A DNA stretch of 64,000 nucleotides from an uncultured Anaerolineaceae bacterium (GTDB taxonomy: Bacteria; Chloroflexota; Anaerolineae; Anaerolineales; Villigracilaceae): the NCBI GenBank assembly GCA_964371065.1, contig CAYJLS010000001.1, positions 4,383 through 68,382 of the forward strand, given 5' to 3'. The notes under the pieces are model-generated. The model was not told where the DNA came from, searched no databases, and saw only the letters and a list, made by a program, of their open reading frames with translations. Both the position numbers and the translations under genes were made by a program. This document shows, in pieces, positions 55,191 through 64,000 of this stretch; position 1 is the stretch's first letter, and each line of letters begins with the position of its first letter.

Positions 55191-56273
55191 TTATCTTCCG
55201 TATTTGTAATACGCCGCGCAGGCGCCCTCGGAGGAGACCATCGTCGCGCCGAGGGGATGTTCGGGCGTGCATTCCTTCCCAAAGGCGGAACAATCGTGCG
55301 GCTTCTTCATTCCCACCAAAATCTGTCCCGCAATGCACAGCGGCGATTCTTTCGTCTGGATGGCTCCCACGTCGAAGCGTTTCTCCGCGTCGAACGCGGC
55401 GAACTCCTCGCGCAGTCGCCATCCGCTCATGGGGATCGTCCCGATGCCGCGCCAGGTGCGGTCGCAATCTTCAAAGACCTGATGGATGGCGGCTTGCGCG
55501 GCCGGGTTGCCCTCGAACGAGACCGAGCGCGGGTACGCGTTTTCCACGGCCACGCGGCCCTCTTCCAACATGCGGACGGTGTACAGAATCCCCTGCGCCA
55601 TGTCCAGCGGCTCGAAGCCCGTCACCGCCATCGGCACATGATATTTTTCCGCCAGCGGCGGGTACTCGTGATAGCCCATCACCGTGCAGACGTGGCCCGC
55701 CAGCAAAAATCCCTGCACGCGGCAATCGGGCGAACCGAGGATGGCGTGCATGGCAGGCGGCACGCGCACGTGCGAAACCAAAATGGAATAATTCTTCAAT
55801 CCCAACGCGCGCGCCTTGAGCACGCTCATCACGTTGGGTGGGGCGGTGGTCTCGAAGCCGATGGCAAAAAAGACCACCTGCTTGTCGGGGTTCTGGCGCG
55901 CGATCTCCACCGCGTCCAACGGCGAATAGACCACGCGGACTTGTCCGCCCGCGGCCTTCACCGAGAACAGGTCGCGGTCCGAGCCAGGGACGCGCAACAT
56001 GTCGCCGTAGGAGCAGAAGATCACGTTCGGTTGGGAGGCGATCAAGAGCGCCTTGTCAATCAGTTCGAGCGGGGTCACACAAACGGGACAGCCCGGCCCG
56101 TGTACCAACTCAATTAACGGAGGCAGGATCTGGTCCAGCCCGTAGCGGACAATCGAATGCGTCTGTCCCCCGCAAATTTCCATGAGAACCCACGGGCGCG
56201 TCACTACGCGGCGGATCTCGTCCACCACGCCGCGCACCAGCGTTGCATCGCGATATTCGGTAACGTATTTCAT
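55191..56273 (-). CDS. hypD: Hydrogenase maturation protein HypD
   Basis: [36 protein letters not shown]. Confidence 0.98.
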   Translation of the reverse strand: MKYVTEYRDATLVRGVVDEIRRVVTRPWVLMEICGGQTHSIVRYGLDQILPPLIELVHGPGCPVCVTPLELIDKALLIASQPNVIFCSYGDMLRVPGSDRDLFSVKAAGGQVRVVYSPLDAVEIARQNPDKQVVFFAIGFETTAPPNVMSVLKARALGLKNYSILVSHVRVPPAMHAILGSPDCRVQGFLLAGHVCTVMGYHEYPPLAEKYHVPMAVTGFEPLDMAQGILYTVRMLEEGRVAVENAYPRSVSFEGNPAAQAAIHQVFEDCDRTWRGIGTIPMSGWRLREEFAAFDAEKRFDVGAIQTKESPLCIAGQILVGMKKPHDCSAFGKECTPEHPLGATMVSSEGACAAYYKYGR

Positions 56274-56307
56274 ATTGGTTCTTCCATCCGAAATTTCGAA
56301 TTCAATC

Positions 56308-56347
56308 TTGACAACTCATCCGTTCCGTTGTACAGTGTTCCTGTACA
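56308..56347 (+). promoter_or_regulatory. sigma70 promoter and YefM-type operator
   Basis: TTGACA 56308-56313, 17 bp, TACAGT 56331-56336; TGTACA boxes at 56329-56334 and 56342-56347. Confidence 0.75.
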
Positions 56348-56363
56348 GAATGGAGCGTCTTCT

Positions 56364-56654
56364 ATGACTATCGAATTCACTTACACCAGCGCCCGCGAAC
56401 AATTGGCCAATCTGCTTAACCGTGTGACCAAAGACCGTGAAGTGATTATCATTCAGCGGCGTGGCTCCGAGGATGTCGCCATGATCGCGGCAAAGGAACT
56501 CGCCAGCCTGACTGAAACCGCGTATCTTTTGCGCTCACCGCAAAACGCCGAACGGCTTTTGTCCGCTTTGGCGCGCGCCTTGAAAAATGAAGGACAACCA
56601 CAAAGCATGGACGACCTGCGCCGCGAGGTGGGACTTGAAACCGAAAAACCGTGA
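56364..56654 (+). CDS. yefM: Phd/YefM antitoxin
   Basis: TYTSAREQLANLLNRV, SLTETAYLLRSPQNAERL. Confidence 0.95.
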   Translation: MTIEFTYTSAREQLANLLNRVTKDREVIIIQRRGSEDVAMIAAKELASLTETAYLLRSPQNAERLLSALARALKNEGQPQSMDDLRREVGLETEKP

Positions 56655-56910
56655 GGCCGTTTTCCAGATTGAGTTTATCGAGGATTTACGCTATTGGGTC
56701 GAGGCCGACCGCAAACTGGCGGTGCGCGTTCTCGATCTGGTTGACGCCATTCTGCGTGATCCCTTCGAAGGCATTGGCAAGCCCGAACCGCTCAAGTATC
56801 TTGCGCCTGGATGCTGGTCGAGGCGAATAACCCAGGAACATCGTATTGTATATCTCGTGCGGGACACACGAATTGACTTTTTACAAGCGCGATATCACTA
56901 CGGCAAATGA
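56635..56910 (+). CDS. yoeB: Txe/YoeB mRNA interferase toxin
   Basis: DPFEGIGKPEPLKY, WSRRITQEHRIVY, QARYHY; TTG start with GAGGTG RBS. Confidence 0.95.
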   Translation: MKPKNREAVFQIEFIEDLRYWVEADRKLAVRVLDLVDAILRDPFEGIGKPEPLKYLAPGCWSRRITQEHRIVYLVRDTRIDFLQARYHYGK

Positions 56911-57156
56911 TCAGGGGCCGAGTTCAGCCTCGATGTCGGTGATCTGCTTGAGCAAGTCCAGCGTCTCTTTGGCGTCCTCTTCGCTCAACAGGTTGAGCGC
57001 GAAGCCCACGTGGACGATGCAGTAATCTCCCACCTTTGCCTCGGGCACATAGGCCAGGCAGGTCTCGCGCACCACGCCGCCGAAATCCACCTTGCACATT
57101 TGCAGTCCGCCCTGTTCGTACATTTCAACGATCTTGCCTGGCACACCTAAACACAT
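56911..57156 (-). CDS. hypC: Hydrogenase maturation chaperone HypC
   Basis: MCLGVPG, VGDYCIVHVGFAL. Confidence 0.98.
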   Translation of the reverse strand: MCLGVPGKIVEMYEQGGLQMCKVDFGGVVRETCLAYVPEAKVGDYCIVHVGFALNLLSEEDAKETLDLLKQITDIEAELGP

Positions 57157-57181
57157 AATAGTCTCCTCGTCTGCTAGTCCG

Positions 57182-59560
57182 CTAGTCGGCTAGTTGTCTG
57201 GCGGCGATCACAGCTTGTCCCAAAGACAGTCCGCCATCGTTCGTTGGAACCTGCTGGTGTATGTATACTCGAAAACCGCTTTCCTGTAAAAGTGACAAAG
57301 AGCGTCCCAATAGGGTGATATTCTGCCAGACTCCGCCGGAGAGCGCGACCTCGTTGACCCCGAACTTCTCGCGCATGTCGAGGCAGACGACGCGGCAGAC
57401 TTCCGCGAGACCGTTGTGGAAGCGCGCCGAAATTTTTTGGATGGGGACTCCCGCCAGCGCGTCCGCGGTCAACGACTGGATTGCGCCTCTTCCCTTGACT
57501 TTGGGCGGGTTCCACGCAAACGGATATTTCCCACCCTCAAGCGGATCCGCCAACGCCTCGAACTCGATGGCCGCCTGCGCCTCATAGTTGACCGACTGCC
57601 GCACACCCGCCAACGCGGCGGCCGCGTCGAACAGGCGTCCCATGCTGGAGGTCATCGGCGTGTTGATTTTCTTTTCCAGTTGCACGCGCAGGGTCGTGCG
57701 GTCTTCCGCGCAAAATTCAGCCACGGACGCGAGACGGTCATCCCAGTCCAGTCCCAGCGACCAGAGCAGCGCCAGCGCGGTGCGCGCCGGTTTGCGGATG
57801 GCCGCGTTGCCGCCGGGAAGCGGGAAATATTCGAGTTGGCCCGCGCGCTGGCAGCCGCGATAATCCGCGATGAGAATCTCGCCGCCCCAGATGGCGCCGT
57901 CGTCGCCGTAGCCGGTCCCGTCGAACGCCAGGCCGATGACGGGACGCGAACCATCCAGTCCGTGCTCGGCCATGCAGGCCGCGATGTGCGCGTGGTGATG
58001 TTGGATGGCGATTGCCGGAATATTTTCGCGTTCTGCCCGTTGTAGCGTGTAGCGTGTTGCGAGGTAGTTGGGATGGAGGTCATGAGCGAGGGCAACCGGC
58101 TTCACGCGGAAGAGCCGCTCGAAATGCTCCACGCCCTGCTCGAAGGATTTCAAGGTCTCGTAGTTTTCCATGTCCCCGATGTGGTGGCTGAGGAAGGCGT
58201 AATTTTTGTTGGTGATGCAAAAGGTGTTTTTGAGTTCCGAGCCAGCCGCAAGAATTTGGGGGACTTCAAAGGGAAGTTTGACCGGGAAGGGGGAGTAGCC
58301 GCGGGAGCGACGGAGGGGGTATGTGGTGCGAGATGCGAGATGCGAGTTATGTATTGCGTGTTGCGTATTGCGTAACTCGGATGAATCGAAAACTCGCACA
58401 ACAGAATCGTCACAGCGGATGTGAATGTCGCGATCGTGGAAGAGGAAGGCATCCCCTAATTTTGACAATCGTTCGCGGGCCTCATCGTTGTCGGTGGCGA
58501 TGGGTTCTTCGGATAAATTCCCGCTCGTCATAACGAAAGGTGGAACGTTAAACGTTAAACGTTCAACGTTTGGGTCTGCAAACAACAAATAGTGAAGAGG
58601 TGTATATGGGAGCATCACGCCGAGCCAATCTTGAGCGGGCGCGACTTCTTGGGCGATGTTGGATTCGGGTTTTCGTTTCAGCAAAACAATGGGACGCGCG
58701 GTGGATAAAAGCAAATCACGCTCGGCGTCGCTGGCGAAGCAATGCCGCTTGATGGTTTCGAGATCGGGCATCATCAGCGCGAAGGGTTTGTCCACGCGGA
58801 GTTTACGATTGCGGAGTTCGGTGACGGCGGTTGCATTGGTCGCGTCGCAGGCGAGGTGAAATCCACCCAATCCCTTGATGGCTACGATCTTTCCTTCCGA
58901 TAAAAGTTTGCGAGTCTTTTGAATGGCATCCTCCCCATCCCATGTAGTGACGACTTCAGTCGTCCTTTGACGAATAAATTCGTCACTACATGGTTCGAGC
59001 CAGACATGCGGCCCGCATACAGGACACGCCACAGGTTGGGCATGGAATCTGCGATTGGTTGGATCGGTGTATTCCTTCTCGCAATCGGGACACATGGCGA
59101 AGGGCGCCATGGTTGTCTTGGGGCGGTCGTAGGGGATGTCTTTGATGATGGTGAAGCGCGGTCCGCAGTTGGTGCAGTTGATGAAGGGATAACGATAGCG
59201 GCGGTCAGACGGGTCGAAGAGTTCGCGCAGGCAGTCGTCGCAGATGGACACGTCCGGTGAGATGGGCTGGAAGGCGCCCTCCATCGCCTCAGAGTGGAGG
59301 ATGTCGAAGGAACGGAACCCGCCGGCGGGTCCGAAGGAGGCGGTCAGTTCGTCAATACGGGAAAGGCGCGGGGCTTCGTCACGCAACGATTTAACGAAAG
59401 AGTCCAAAACATCCTTTTCCCCATCCACTTCGATATCCACACCGGCAGAGGTATTTTTCACCCAGCCTTTGAGTTCCAATCGCGTGGCAAGATTATAAAC
59501 AAAAGGTCGGAACCCGACCCCTTGCACAATGCCCGTGATGTGAACCCGAAGCCCTTGCAT
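57182..59560 (-). CDS. hypF: Carbamoyltransferase HypF
   Basis: GIVQGVGFRPF, CDDC..CTNCGP, CPDC..CPVCGP, KGLGGFHLACDA, QHHHAH, DGTGYG, SSMGRLFDA, PTNDGGLSLGQ. Confidence 0.98.
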   Translation of the reverse strand: MQGLRVHITGIVQGVGFRPFVYNLATRLELKGWVKNTSAGVDIEVDGEKDVLDSFVKSLRDEAPRLSRIDELTASFGPAGGFRSFDILHSEAMEGAFQPISPDVSICDDCLRELFDPSDRRYRYPFINCTNCGPRFTIIKDIPYDRPKTTMAPFAMCPDCEKEYTDPTNRRFHAQPVACPVCGPHVWLEPCSDEFIRQRTTEVVTTWDGEDAIQKTRKLLSEGKIVAIKGLGGFHLACDATNATAVTELRNRKLRVDKPFALMMPDLETIKRHCFASDAERDLLLSTARPIVLLKRKPESNIAQEVAPAQDWLGVMLPYTPLHYLLFADPNVERLTFNVPPFVMTSGNLSEEPIATDNDEARERLSKLGDAFLFHDRDIHIRCDDSVVRVFDSSELRNTQHAIHNSHLASRTTYPLRRSRGYSPFPVKLPFEVPQILAAGSELKNTFCITNKNYAFLSHHIGDMENYETLKSFEQGVEHFERLFRVKPVALAHDLHPNYLATRYTLQRAERENIPAIAIQHHHAHIAACMAEHGLDGSRPVIGLAFDGTGYGDDGAIWGGEILIADYRGCQRAGQLEYFPLPGGNAAIRKPARTALALLWSLGLDWDDRLASVAEFCAEDRTTLRVQLEKKINTPMTSSMGRLFDAAAALAGVRQSVNYEAQAAIEFEALADPLEGGKYPFAWNPPKVKGRGAIQSLTADALAGVPIQKISARFHNGLAEVCRVVCLDMREKFGVNEVALSGGVWQNITLLGRSLSLLQESGFRVYIHQQVPTNDGGLSLGQAVIAARQLAD

Positions 59561-59562
59561 GA

Positions 59563-59632
59563 TTTACCAATTACCAATTACCAATTACCAATTACCAATT
59601 ACCAATTACCAATTACCAGTTACTGATTACGT
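59563..59632. repeat. Near-perfect heptamer run (TTACCAA), about 8 units
   Basis: Fills the hypB-hypF gap. Confidence 0.95.
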
Positions 59633-60282
59633 TTTACGTTTTGGAACAGCCAATCAATCCAGGCATCCAGGCCTTCGCCCGTGCGGCAGGAAATCGGGAA
59701 GGTGGTGAGGCCGGGGTTGAGGACTTCGACGCCGCGCTGGAAATAATCCATGCGAAAATTGATGTAGGGGAGCAGGTCAATTTTGTTGATAACCAGCGCG
59801 TCCACGCCGCGATACATGCCAGGATATTTGTACGGCTTGTCGTCACCCTCTGGCACGGAGGCAACGAGGATGGATTTGTGCGTGCCGAGTTTGAAACTCG
59901 CGGGGCAGACGAGGTTGCCAACGTTCTCGACGATCAGCAGGTCAAATTGGGTGAGATCGAGTTGGTCGAGCGCGCCGTGCAACATGACCGCGTCGAGGTG
60001 ACATTCGCCGCCGGTGTTGACCTGGATGGCGGCTCCCGCGCCGGCCGCGGCGGCGCGGTCTGCGTCAATGGAGGTGGCGATGTCGCCGTCCACGACCGCG
60101 ACGCGCAGTTGTCCCGCGAGGCGCGGCAGGGTCTGCTCGATCAGCGAGGTCTTGCCCGCGCCGGGCGAGGCCATGATGTTGACGGCGAAGACGCCCGCGG
60201 CGTCAATGCGGGCGCGGTTCTCTTCCGCGAGGCGGTCGTTGGCATTGAGGATGTTTTCTACGATTGAAACACGCTGGGTCAT
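59620..60282 (-). CDS. hypB: Hydrogenase nickel-insertion GTPase HypB
   Basis: ASPGAGKTS, GECHLDA, ENVGNLVCP, EGDDKPYKYP, NKID. Confidence 0.98.
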   Translation of the reverse strand: MTQRVSIVENILNANDRLAEENRARIDAAGVFAVNIMASPGAGKTSLIEQTLPRLAGQLRVAVVDGDIATSIDADRAAAAGAGAAIQVNTGGECHLDAVMLHGALDQLDLTQFDLLIVENVGNLVCPASFKLGTHKSILVASVPEGDDKPYKYPGMYRGVDALVINKIDLLPYINFRMDYFQRGVEVLNPGLTTFPISCRTGEGLDAWIDWLFQNVKRNQ

Positions 60283-60295
60283 GTTAGTTCCTCAG

Positions 60296-60364
60296 TTGGG
60301 TAGTTCGGTAGTTCAGTAGTTCGTGTTGCGTATTCCGTGTGTACCTGTTTACCTGTCTACGTTT
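60296..60364. repeat. Octamer arrays GGTAGTTC and GTGTACCT
   Basis: Same composite as 11259-11340 and the reverse complement of 46349-46470. Confidence 0.75.
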
Positions 60365-60365
60365 T

Positions 60366-60707
60366 TCACTCCACATCAATCGCTTCAACAAAGAATTCCT
60401 CCCCTGCGATCACTTTCACTCCGACACTGCCGCAATTCGGACATTTGAATTCTTCGCCGTTCGGGGAATACTTCTCGGAACAGACCATGCACTGCAATTG
60501 GGCGGGGACGCGCTTGAAGCGCAGGGTTGCGCCTTCGGCGGGCGTGTCCTTTGCGATCATATCCCAATAGAACTGGATCGAGTCGTCCATGAGCGTGGCG
60601 AGCTGGCCGATGACGAGGTGGATGTCGGTAATGCGCGTCGCGTTGGCCTGTTTTGCGTGGCGAAGGGAAATCTCAAGGATGGATTGGGTGGCGGACAGTT
60701 CGTGCAT
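60366..60707 (-). CDS. hypA: Hydrogenase maturation nickel metallochaperone HypA
   Basis: MHELS, CMVC..CPNC. Confidence 0.98.
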   Translation of the reverse strand: MHELSATQSILEISLRHAKQANATRITDIHLVIGQLATLMDDSIQFYWDMIAKDTPAEGATLRFKRVPAQLQCMVCSEKYSPNGEEFKCPNCGSVGVKVIAGEEFFVEAIDVE

Positions 60708-61084
60708 AGCGACTCGGTTGCGCTATTTTACTTCCTTTTGCCTCGCGACTTGTCATATTTCGGCTGACAAACTTCCCAATAAAGTGGTGTCTTTTTCATG
60801 AGTAGCCCTACAGTAAATCGTGGCGTCTTCAATTTCGCAGAGAATCAGCCACCGATTTACCCTTCGGGCACGATGTCACGGATTTACACAGATTGGAATT
60901 GAATATCCGTGAAAATCTGTGCTAATCCGTGGCAAAAGATCTTGACCACGTTTAAATGCGGTGCTACCTTTTCATGTGTCTTTTGGGTTTTCGTACGGGG
61001 ATTGGGGCTTTCGTTCACCAATCGCCAGCGAGCATAGCCGTAGTACAATAGCCCGAAGTTAATCCACCGAGCCCCTCAGTCCAG

Positions 61085-62623
61085 ATGTTCTCCTTACCGA
61101 CCAATAAGTTTACCCGCCCTCGAACCATGCTTCTGCGATCTCTGCGTCTTACGCTATGGATGGCGCCAGGCGTGATGGCGGTGATCGGTATTGCCTTCAC
61201 CCTGTTCGAGAATGCGCGGCACACCGGGGAACCCGTCTGGCCGTGGCCGACTGTGTTCGGTCTGCTCGTGTTGGGGTTAATTGGACCCGTGCTCTCCTGG
61301 CTCAGCCTGCTTTGGGCAATCCGAACTGCCGAGGCTTATCTCGCATCGGAAGGAAAATTAGCTCAACGGAATGCAGAGCTGGCGGCATTGAACGCGTTAG
61401 GATTGACCGCCAATAGTTCCCTTGATATGGAAAAAACCCTCGCGGCGGCGTTGGAACATACCATAGAGACTCTGGATGCGGCGGCAGGTATGCTCTTCCT
61501 CCAGGGAGACAAGAACAGCGGACTCCGCCTTGAAGCGCATCGCGGCATCTCCATTGACATGGCACAGAAAGAGGCGCGCCTTGCTCCAGGTGAGTGCTTG
61601 TGCGGACAGGCGGTTGCATCGAGGCGAGTCTTGATGGCTCACGATGTCGGGGATGATCGCCGTTGTACCTCCAACCTTTGCATATGCGAGGGATTTCGCT
61701 CGGTAGCCTGCGCACCGCTGGAAGTCAAAGGTCAACTGGTCGGATTACTGCAACTCGCCAGTCCGAACGTCGGACATTTCACCGAAAGCCAGCAGGATTT
61801 TTTGGCCGCCATTGCGCGGCAACTCGGCGCTTCCATTGAAAACGCCCGCCTCTATGACACAGTCCGCGTCTTCAACGTTGAATTGGAAAAGAAAGTCAAC
61901 CAGCGCACGCGCGAACTGGAATCGGCGCGCTGGGCGCTGGCAGAGAAAGCCCGCCAGTTGCAGCGCCTGTTGAGCGAATCCTATCGTGTGCAGGAGGATA
62001 CGCAGGCGCGCATCGCCCACGATATGCACGACGGCGTCACCCAGATGATCATCGGCGCGCTCTACGAAACCCAGGCCGCGCGTCAGGCACTGATTGACGA
62101 TCCCGACCGCGCCGCCGAAAATCTGGAACGCGCACAGGACCTGCTCACCGAGGTCGAGACGGAGATCCGCCGCGTGATCTACGACATGCACCCGCCGGTG
62201 TTGGACCAGATGGGACTGGTGGTGGCGCTCAAACGGTTTGCCGCGACATATCAGACCACCTTTGGGATCGAATGTCAGATCCAGGTGGCTGGCAAGTCGC
62301 ACCGAATGGTTCCCGATACCGAAGTTACGATCTACCGAATCATCCAGGCCGCATTGCACAACGTTGCGACCCACGCGCAAGCCAAACGCGCAAAAGTCTA
62401 TTTTGATTTTGGGACAGCGACACTCCAGGTGGTGATCGAAGATGACGGCATCGGCTTTGACCCTGATGCTGTGATGCGCCTGCCCGGCGAACACCTGGGC
62501 TTGATCGGCATGAAAGAGAGGGCCGAGGGTTTGAAGGCTGAGTTGACGATCAGTTCCGCGCCTGGCAAAGGCTCGTATATTCTGTTGCGCGTCCCCGCGC
62601 CCGTTTATCTGGAACAAAGATGA
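61085..62623 (+). CDS. Sensor histidine kinase with two TM, Cys-rich GAF and HisKA_3 (start 61085 or 61127)
   Basis: IAHDMHDGVTQ, ALHNVATHA, DDGIGF, GLIGMKERA, GKGS. Confidence 0.92.
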   Translation: MFSLPTNKFTRPRTMLLRSLRLTLWMAPGVMAVIGIAFTLFENARHTGEPVWPWPTVFGLLVLGLIGPVLSWLSLLWAIRTAEAYLASEGKLAQRNAELAALNALGLTANSSLDMEKTLAAALEHTIETLDAAAGMLFLQGDKNSGLRLEAHRGISIDMAQKEARLAPGECLCGQAVASRRVLMAHDVGDDRRCTSNLCICEGFRSVACAPLEVKGQLVGLLQLASPNVGHFTESQQDFLAAIARQLGASIENARLYDTVRVFNVELEKKVNQRTRELESARWALAEKARQLQRLLSESYRVQEDTQARIAHDMHDGVTQMIIGALYETQAARQALIDDPDRAAENLERAQDLLTEVETEIRRVIYDMHPPVLDQMGLVVALKRFAATYQTTFGIECQIQVAGKSHRMVPDTEVTIYRIIQAALHNVATHAQAKRAKVYFDFGTATLQVVIEDDGIGFDPDAVMRLPGEHLGLIGMKERAEGLKAELTISSAPGKGSYILLRVPAPVYLEQR

Positions 62624-63273
62624 CACAAGACTGGCGCCCCATCCGCGTTTTGATCGTGGACGATCACCCCGTCGTCCGCCAGGGACTGCGTAGTTTGCTG
62701 GCGGGCCATTCCGACCTTGAGATCGTCGGCGAGGCCGTGGATGGCTCCGAAGTATTGCCTTTGCTGACCAAACATCCCGCCGATGTCATTTTGCTGGATA
62801 TCCAGATGAAGGGTCAGAGCGGAATCGAGGTGGCCCGCCGCGTGCGCGCCGCTCATCCAAATGTCAAAATCGTGATCCTCACCACCTTCGATGACGAAAG
62901 TCTGCTGCGCGAAGCGATGGAAGCAGGCGTCCACGGTTATTTGCTCAAAAGCGTTTCGCATGAGACCCTGCCAGACTCCATCCGGGCTGTGATGAGGGGC
63001 GAGAAATTATTAAGTCCCAACCTGGTCAGCAGTGTGATCAACCAATATCAAAAATTGGCGCAGACCCAGGCTCAAAAAGAAGCGGGACTGACACCCGATG
63101 AATTACAGGTGCTGGCGGCTATCGCGGAAGGAGCCAGCAATAAAGATTTGGCCGAAAAATTTTTCTGGAGCGAGGCGACGGTCAAGCGCCGCGTGCAGGA
63201 GATTGTCGAGAAGATGGGAGTCTCCAATCGCACGCAGGCGATTGCGGAGGCTCTCCGTAAGGGATGGATATAA
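62620..63273 (+). CDS. NarL/LuxR-family response regulator
   Basis: VDDHPVVRQG, LLDIQM, LTTFDD, GYLLK, C-terminal HTH; ATGA overlap with kinase. Confidence 0.95.
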   Translation: MTQDWRPIRVLIVDDHPVVRQGLRSLLAGHSDLEIVGEAVDGSEVLPLLTKHPADVILLDIQMKGQSGIEVARRVRAAHPNVKIVILTTFDDESLLREAMEAGVHGYLLKSVSHETLPDSIRAVMRGEKLLSPNLVSSVINQYQKLAQTQAQKEAGLTPDELQVLAAIAEGASNKDLAEKFFWSEATVKRRVQEIVEKMGVSNRTQAIAEALRKGWI

Positions 63274-63354
63274 TGTATAACATCCCGAATTGAGAAGTTG
63301 GGAAGCCAATGGCTTTCTGATTAGTAATTAGGTTCAGTAAATGATAGATATTTT

Positions 63355-64000
63355 ATGACGCCTCTCATTGTTCCAAATCTTAACCCAAGTGATAAAGAAT
63401 TTCAACACTTAATCGAGTCGCCGTACCTTGATGAAGAACGGCGATTACTTGAGAGTTTATGGGAGAAGTATGAACCCTATGCTGACAAACAGTTTAGGGT
63501 AGAAATTGCGTCGAACTTTCACCAGCGTTTTTGGGAAATGTATTTAAGCTGTACTTTGATGGACCTTGGCATTGAGCTATCACCTAAAAGGAAACAGAAG
63601 GGCCCAGATGTTTGCGCCAAAGTGAATAACAGATGGGTATGGATTGAAGCTATCGCGCCTAGTGGCGGAGATGGTCCCGACGCAATTTTTAAGCCCGATT
63701 TAGCTGTTGGTGAAATTCATTGGTTTATGGTTCCAGATGAGAAGATTATCCTTCGTTATATTGCGGCCATTATTGTAAAGTGCAATAGATATTTGACTTA
63801 CCTGAACGACGGAGTTATAAAACCAGGTGATCCTTATATTATTGCATTGAATGGTCGACGCGTCCCATATTCGAATCTTGATGATGATGTACCTTACATA
63901 GTAAAGGTATTGCTTTACGAGAACGAGATCCATAAAGCGAATGATTCTATAGTCTCTACGGGTATCTTTTACAACAGAGAATATACAGGTATTTCGGGAG
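63355..64000 (+). CDS. Low-GC hypothetical protein with PD-(D/E)xK-like motif, runs off the window end
   Basis: Hand translation open for 215 codons: MTPLIVPNL..FHQRFWEMYL..KGPDVC..WVWIEAIAP..; absent from ORF track because it has no stop in the window. Confidence 0.75.
   Translation, partial: MTPLIVPNLNPSDKEFQHLIESPYLDEERRLLESLWEKYEPYADKQFRVEIASNFHQRFWEMYLSCTLMDLGIELSPKRKQKGPDVCAKVNNRWVWIEAIAPSGGDGPDAIFKPDLAVGEIHWFMVPDEKIILRYIAAIIVKCNRYLTYLNDGVIKPGDPYIIALNGRRVPYSNLDDDVPYIVKVLLYENEIHKANDSIVSTGIFYNREYTGISG

Noticed and set aside
56274-56913. Target-site duplication or IS ends around yefM-yoeB
   Set aside because: No flanking direct or inverted repeats found
59563-59632. Repeat runs as a possible CRISPR array (also 28345-28447, 39283-39352, 46349-46470)
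   Set aside because: Contiguous 7/8-bp units with no spacers and no cas genes
60990-61060. tRNA or ncRNA-like stem upstream of the kinase
   Set aside because: Only a short GATTGG/CCAATC stem; no cloverleaf or T-loop

Overview
A GC-rich bacterial chromosomal window, most likely Chloroflexota class Anaerolineae (inferred from NBR1-Ig lipoproteins, Thr/Pro-rich lipoproteins, a bacterial Elp3 and HisKA_3/GAF kinases). Most genes are housekeeping or accessory metabolism: pgpH-ybeY-dgkA, queG-rdgB, signalling genes (two GAF histidine kinases, HD-GYP, a 7TM-PAS-GAF-GGDEF cyclase), a sulfotransferase/Wzy-like/Wzz-like trio, an Fe-S APS reductase, Elp3, a split chromate transporter, mutM-prs, MeaB plus a B12-binding mutase subunit, a Phn-type ABC transporter, coaBC, and the hypABFCDE [NiFe]-hydrogenase maturation cluster split by an antisense yefM-yoeB module. 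The best candidate for an undescribed system is a tightly coupled 7-gene operon (31849-39262) with membrane proteins, a zinc-ribbon/disordered/membrane protein, a GlmL-like actin-fold ATPase and a barrel-sandwich/KOW-like protein, but no mutase catalytic subunit. Second is a pervasive family of 7/8/9-mer tandem repeats and REP-like palindromes that also sit in frame inside conserved proteins (three sites in HypF; near-identical peptides in unrelated proteins). Also notable: a lipoprotein with a C-terminal Hint domain, a 261-bp MITE, a TCATGA-flanked insert bridging two chrA halves, back-to-back leaderless promoters, and a low-GC nuclease-like ORF at the right edge. No rRNA, tRNA or CRISPR array was recognised. 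All family calls come from motif recognition; no database searches were run.
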